DNA of 49,214 bases, from assembly GCF_001194135.2 (NCBI RefSeq), contig NC_069007.1, positions 20,988,270-21,037,483 of the forward strand, read 5' to 3'. The translations under genes and the position numbers were made by a program. Under the pieces are notes generated by a model, which did no database searches, was not told the origin of the DNA, and was given only the letters and a program-made list of their open reading frames with translations. Below, piece by piece: positions 46,603 to 49,214 of the stretch. How positions within the stretch are numbered: the first letter of the stretch is position 1; every line of letters starts with the position of its first letter. The DNA is from Octopus bimaculoides. Taxonomy: Eukaryota.

Positions 46603-48794
46603 CAACTATAAAAGAATTCACACAATTGGATCTGGGTCTGGTTATGGTAATAGAAAAAGTCATGGAACAATTGATCTGTGACAGAATAGACAGAGATGAG
46701 ATGCAGTTCCGAAGATGTATTATGGATGCAATTTTCCTTGTGAGGCAACTGCAGGAGAAATATTTGGCTAAGGGCAAGCTGTTATTCTTGGCATTCTTTG
46801 ACTTGGAGAAGACTCTTGAAAGGGTATCACCTTCAGTAATTTGGTAATTCCTAAGAAAACTGGATGTGAACGACTGTCTTGTAATGGCTGTACAAGCTAT
46901 GTACAAAGATGTATTTAACCCTTTAGCATTTAAACCGGCCATATCCGGCCAAAAGTATTCTGCCTATTCTATGTTCAAACTGGCCAGATCTGGTCTCTCA
47001 CACCAACCCTACAATATCGTTTTAAAAATTAACAGCTACCTCATCAAAATCTCATAGCTACAAGATAATGCATGATTAGTTCAAAATAATGTGGAGAAAA
47101 AAAGCATTAATTATGGTAGAATAAGGCGAACACTAAAGGGTTAAGCAAGGGAGTGGTTAGTGTTAGGAAGGGCATCCAACCGTGAAAACCATGCCAAACT
47201 GACACAGAAGCATGGTACAGGCTCCTGCCTGGCCAACTCCTATCAAACTGTCCAAACCATACCAACATGGGAGGATGATGATGATGATGACAATGATGAT
47301 GTATGTATATACATACTAGCCATAATTAATTCAGTTAGAATACTTGCATAAATGGAAAGTATGCATATACATAATAGCCATAATTAATTCAGTTAGAATA
47401 CTAACATAAATGGGATGTATGTATATACATACTAGCTTTGGCTAATTCACTGAGAATGCTGGTGTATATAGCGTTGTCTCAACATACCTAAAGTGGTCGT
47501 AGCCGTTAATAAATTCACTGTGTATATGTCATTGACATTGAGAAAGATTCTGTTGTTGTTTAGCTTATCAAATCCTCATTGAATAGGCATACGGTCAAAG
47601 ACATTTCAGTAATGACCTCCCTGTCTATATCATTTTAAAGATGTACTGTATGAAGGGCCTACGTGTCTTTTCTTTTGAAAAAAATGTAGGGTGTGAGATA
47701 AGGAAGATTTGGCTGCTATTTCTAGCAGGTCAGGCAACTTAGCTATAATAGCTTTGTCGTATTACTTATTACACAAAACAGTGACCTTGTTTTGTCTCTT
47801 ATCTTATGTGCGTGTGTGTGTGTGTGTGTGTGCATGTATTTTTGTGTGTGAACATTGTGTGAATTAGCTTTTTATATAACCTGTATAAAATCTTGAGTTA
47901 CATCCAGGAGATAAAACAGTCTTCAGAAAGACAAATACCTCTGACAGTATCAATACCAGCAGATAACAGGTCACTACACTTATCTGCTACACTGGCTACA
48001 GTGAGACGGCGGAGTTGTTAGCACACCAGACAAAATGCTTAGGGGCATTTCGGCTGTCTTTATCTTCCGAGTTCAAATTCCGCCAAGGCCAACTTTACCT
48101 TTCATCTTTTCAGAGTTGATAAAATAAGAACTAGTTGAAAACTGGGGTCGATGTACCATATTTTAACGTGTATAAGGAACCCTTGTGAATAAGGAACCTG
48201 CTAATTTTGAGGGCTCTAAATTTGGTAAATAATTTTTTTAAGGGATTTTAATAATATCCATGGCTAAGAAACTTCCATATTTTTTTTAACCTAATTTTTG
48301 ACAAATTGTAGCCAGCACTGATTTTTGTTACGACAATTTGTATCTGACGTCTCGGATATGAAATGTTGTAACAGAAATCAGTGCTGGCTATTATTTCTAT
48401 AGAATATTTGTAGGGATAACTTTAACAAATGATCGACCCCGGTGTTTGCCAGCTGGAGCAACGTGAAATGAAATGTTTTGCTCAAGAACACAACGCGTCG
48501 CCCGGTCCAGGAATCGAAACCACAATCTTACGATCATGAATCCAACACCTGAACCACTAAGTCACACACCTTCACATTCAGCCAGGTTGACACCTAAATA
48601 ATACTAATAGTAGTAATAATGAAAGGAATAATAATAATATTCATAATGTCTGAATGATGATGATGATGATGATTATGTAAAGTCTTATTTCTTATTGCTT
48701 TTCACAGATGGAGACACTGAATGATTTGTCGGCCCCTGTGAAAAGATATCCGCATTGCTTCATTGCTAAGTCTAATGCTAATCGCCTGAAGTAA
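37561..48794 (+). CDS. Aldo-keto reductase (YajO/aryl-alcohol-dehydrogenase/Kv-beta-related branch), 8 exons; exon 7 mostly in the N gap
   Basis: [19 protein letters not shown]; catalytic tetrad in DTADVY, IATK, DLYQAH; also GVSN and PWSPL..GFLSGK; GT-AG junctions in phase. Confidence 0.93.
38891..39230 (+). mobile_element. RTE-associated SINE/LINE 3' region with internal ~60-bp repeats
   Basis: Repeated TAAAAAGCACCAT..GAGCGTG units, then GGTTGGCGTTAGGAAGGGCATCCAGCTGTAGAAAC. Confidence 0.65.
39425..39460 (+). ncRNA. Minimal hammerhead-ribozyme-like motif, complete core
   Basis: GAT-CTGAAGA-A-GGAATT(CT)AATTCC-GAA-ATAT-C/ATC. Confidence 0.6.
40787..40941 (+). CDS. AKR exon 2 ([10 protein letters not shown])
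   Basis: 155 nt, AG/GT ends. Confidence 0.9.
41545..41765 (-). mobile_element. Family D SINE (tRNA head, (AAT)n, tail with a broken hammerhead)
   Basis: Head GGCGTTGTGGTTCAGAGCGCGAGCTACTAACCCCAAGATTCCGAGTTTGATTCC; tail GACACCTGATGAAGGCTGGAGGGTATATTAGCC lacking GAAACG. Confidence 0.75.
42973..43135 (+). CDS. AKR exon 3 (VIATK...VDLYQ)
   Basis: 163 nt, AG/GT ends. Confidence 0.93.
43391..43570. repeat. 21-bp minisatellite (CTCCAAAGACTCCTATTCCGT-like), about 9 units, in AKR intron 3
   Basis: CCAAAGAC recurs every 21 nt. Confidence 0.85.
43638..43811 (+). CDS. AKR exon 4 (AHCWD...IGVSNF...LQ)
   Basis: 174 nt, AG/GT ends. Confidence 0.93.
44215..44365 (+). mobile_element. SINE family B head region
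   Basis: GGCGTGGCTGTGTGGTAAG...GGGTTTGGTCC. Confidence 0.75.
44515..44612 (+). CDS. AKR exon 5 (QQYSL...PWSPLK)
   Basis: 98 nt, AG/GT ends. Confidence 0.93.
45198..45379 (+). CDS. AKR exon 6 (GFLSGKF...IAQNH)
   Basis: 182 nt, AG/GT ends. Confidence 0.92.
45941..46030. repeat. Palindromic pair of decayed hammerhead-like motifs
   Basis: Plus: GACAGT-CGATGA...GAA-ACTTTGAAGT-C-ACTGTC; minus: GACTGT-CTGATGA-TGGC(TTAACAG)GCCA-AAA-ACTTCAAAGT-T-ATTGTC. Confidence 0.55.
46416..46449 (+). CDS. AKR exon 7, visible 3' end only ([11 protein letters not shown])
   Basis: Emerges from the N gap; ends GAG|gtatgg. Confidence 0.75.
46640..46912 (+). mobile_element. RTE-clade reverse transcriptase relic
   Basis: [15 protein letters not shown]...[27 protein letters not shown]...IW*FLRKL..AVQAMY. 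Confidence 0.85.
47302..47440. repeat. ~58-bp tandem duplication, about 2.3 units
   Basis: GTATGTATATACATACTAGCCATAATTAATTCAGTTAGAATAC repeated. Confidence 0.8.
48000..48156 (+). mobile_element. SINE family A, 5' part
   Basis: GTTAGCACACCAG...GAGTTCAAATTCCGCC. Confidence 0.75.
48425..48575 (-). mobile_element. SINE family G, head region
   Basis: GGAGCAACGTGAAATG...GGAATCGAAACCAC...CCACTAAG. Confidence 0.75.
48708..48794 (+). CDS. AKR exon 8 ([10 protein letters not shown]...RLK*)
   Basis: ttcacag acceptor; 87 nt ending in TAA. Confidence 0.85.
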   Translation: METLNDLSAPVKRYPHCFIAKSNANRLK

Positions 48795-48974
48795 CGCAGC
48801 TATCACTATACGTTTCACATGTATTATATACACCACATTATGGGTGTATACACACTATCCCATGGATGTATACATATACATATGGAAACACATACACAGT
48901 ATACCACAGAAGTACATATACATACATATCTATCTATCTCTCTAACCCTCTATCTATCTATCTATCTATCTATC

Positions 48975-49015
<41 letters not shown>

Positions 49016-49047
49016 TTTATTTAAAAGCAGCAAAAATATAACAAAAG

Positions 49048-49087
49048 ACTGTTACTCGGAGTTTCACGTTCCCGTTCATCGGACAGT
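49048..49087 (-). ncRNA. Hammerhead-ribozyme-like motif with U4 changed to C
   Basis: ACTGT-CCGATGA-ACG(GGAA)CGT-GAA-ACTCCGAGT-A/ACAGT. Confidence 0.6.
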
Positions 49088-49109
49088 ATATATATATATA
49101 TGTATATGT

Positions 49110-49214
49110 ATGCTCTTTTACTTCAGTCATTTGACTGCGGCCATGCTGGAGCACCGCCTTTAGTCGAGCAAATCGACCCCAGGACTTATTTTTTGTAAGC
49201 CTAGTACTTATTCT
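49110..49214 (-). mobile_element. SINE family B/C 3' tail, runs off the window
   Basis: CAGTCATTTGACTGCGGCCATGCTGGAGCACCGCCTTTAGTCGAGCAAATCGACCCCAGG. Confidence 0.85.

Noticed and set aside
37561-48794. Idea that the AKR is the GCL modifier subunit (GCLM)
   Set aside because: It retains the full D-Y-K-H catalytic tetrad and classical AKR motifs and does not resemble GCLM, as far as I recall that sequence.

Overview
AT-rich, repeat-dense animal genomic DNA with several N gaps. The SINE/MITE families and gene structures suggest a coleoid cephalopod, probably Octopus (inference). Four genes could be rebuilt by hand from GT-AG junctions with consistent reading frame. (1) An intronless RING/B-box/B-box/coiled-coil TRIM E3 ligase with a hydrophobic C-terminus (-, 11447-12694). 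(2) TOMM7 (+, 3 exons, 55 aa). (3) An intact but strongly divergent glutamate-cysteine ligase catalytic subunit-like gene (-, 16 coding exons, 606 aa). (4) An aldo-keto reductase (+, 8 exons, exon 7 mostly in a gap). There is also an unassigned low-complexity ORF (6512-7594) with a competing Thr-rich frame, an internally deleted Helitron, Tx1/RTE/CR1-like/mariner relics, and many SINEs and MITEs. Two signals stand out. First, about ten minimal type-I hammerhead-ribozyme-like motifs from roughly six unrelated repeat families; one family is a tRNA-headed SINE whose tail carries the ribozyme, and two copies with complete cores lie sense-oriented in host introns. Second, the GCLC-like protein keeps the metal and glutamate-activation residues but has a rebuilt cysteine-acceptor pocket. 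All coordinates were counted by hand. Repeat boundaries are approximate, and no database searches were run.
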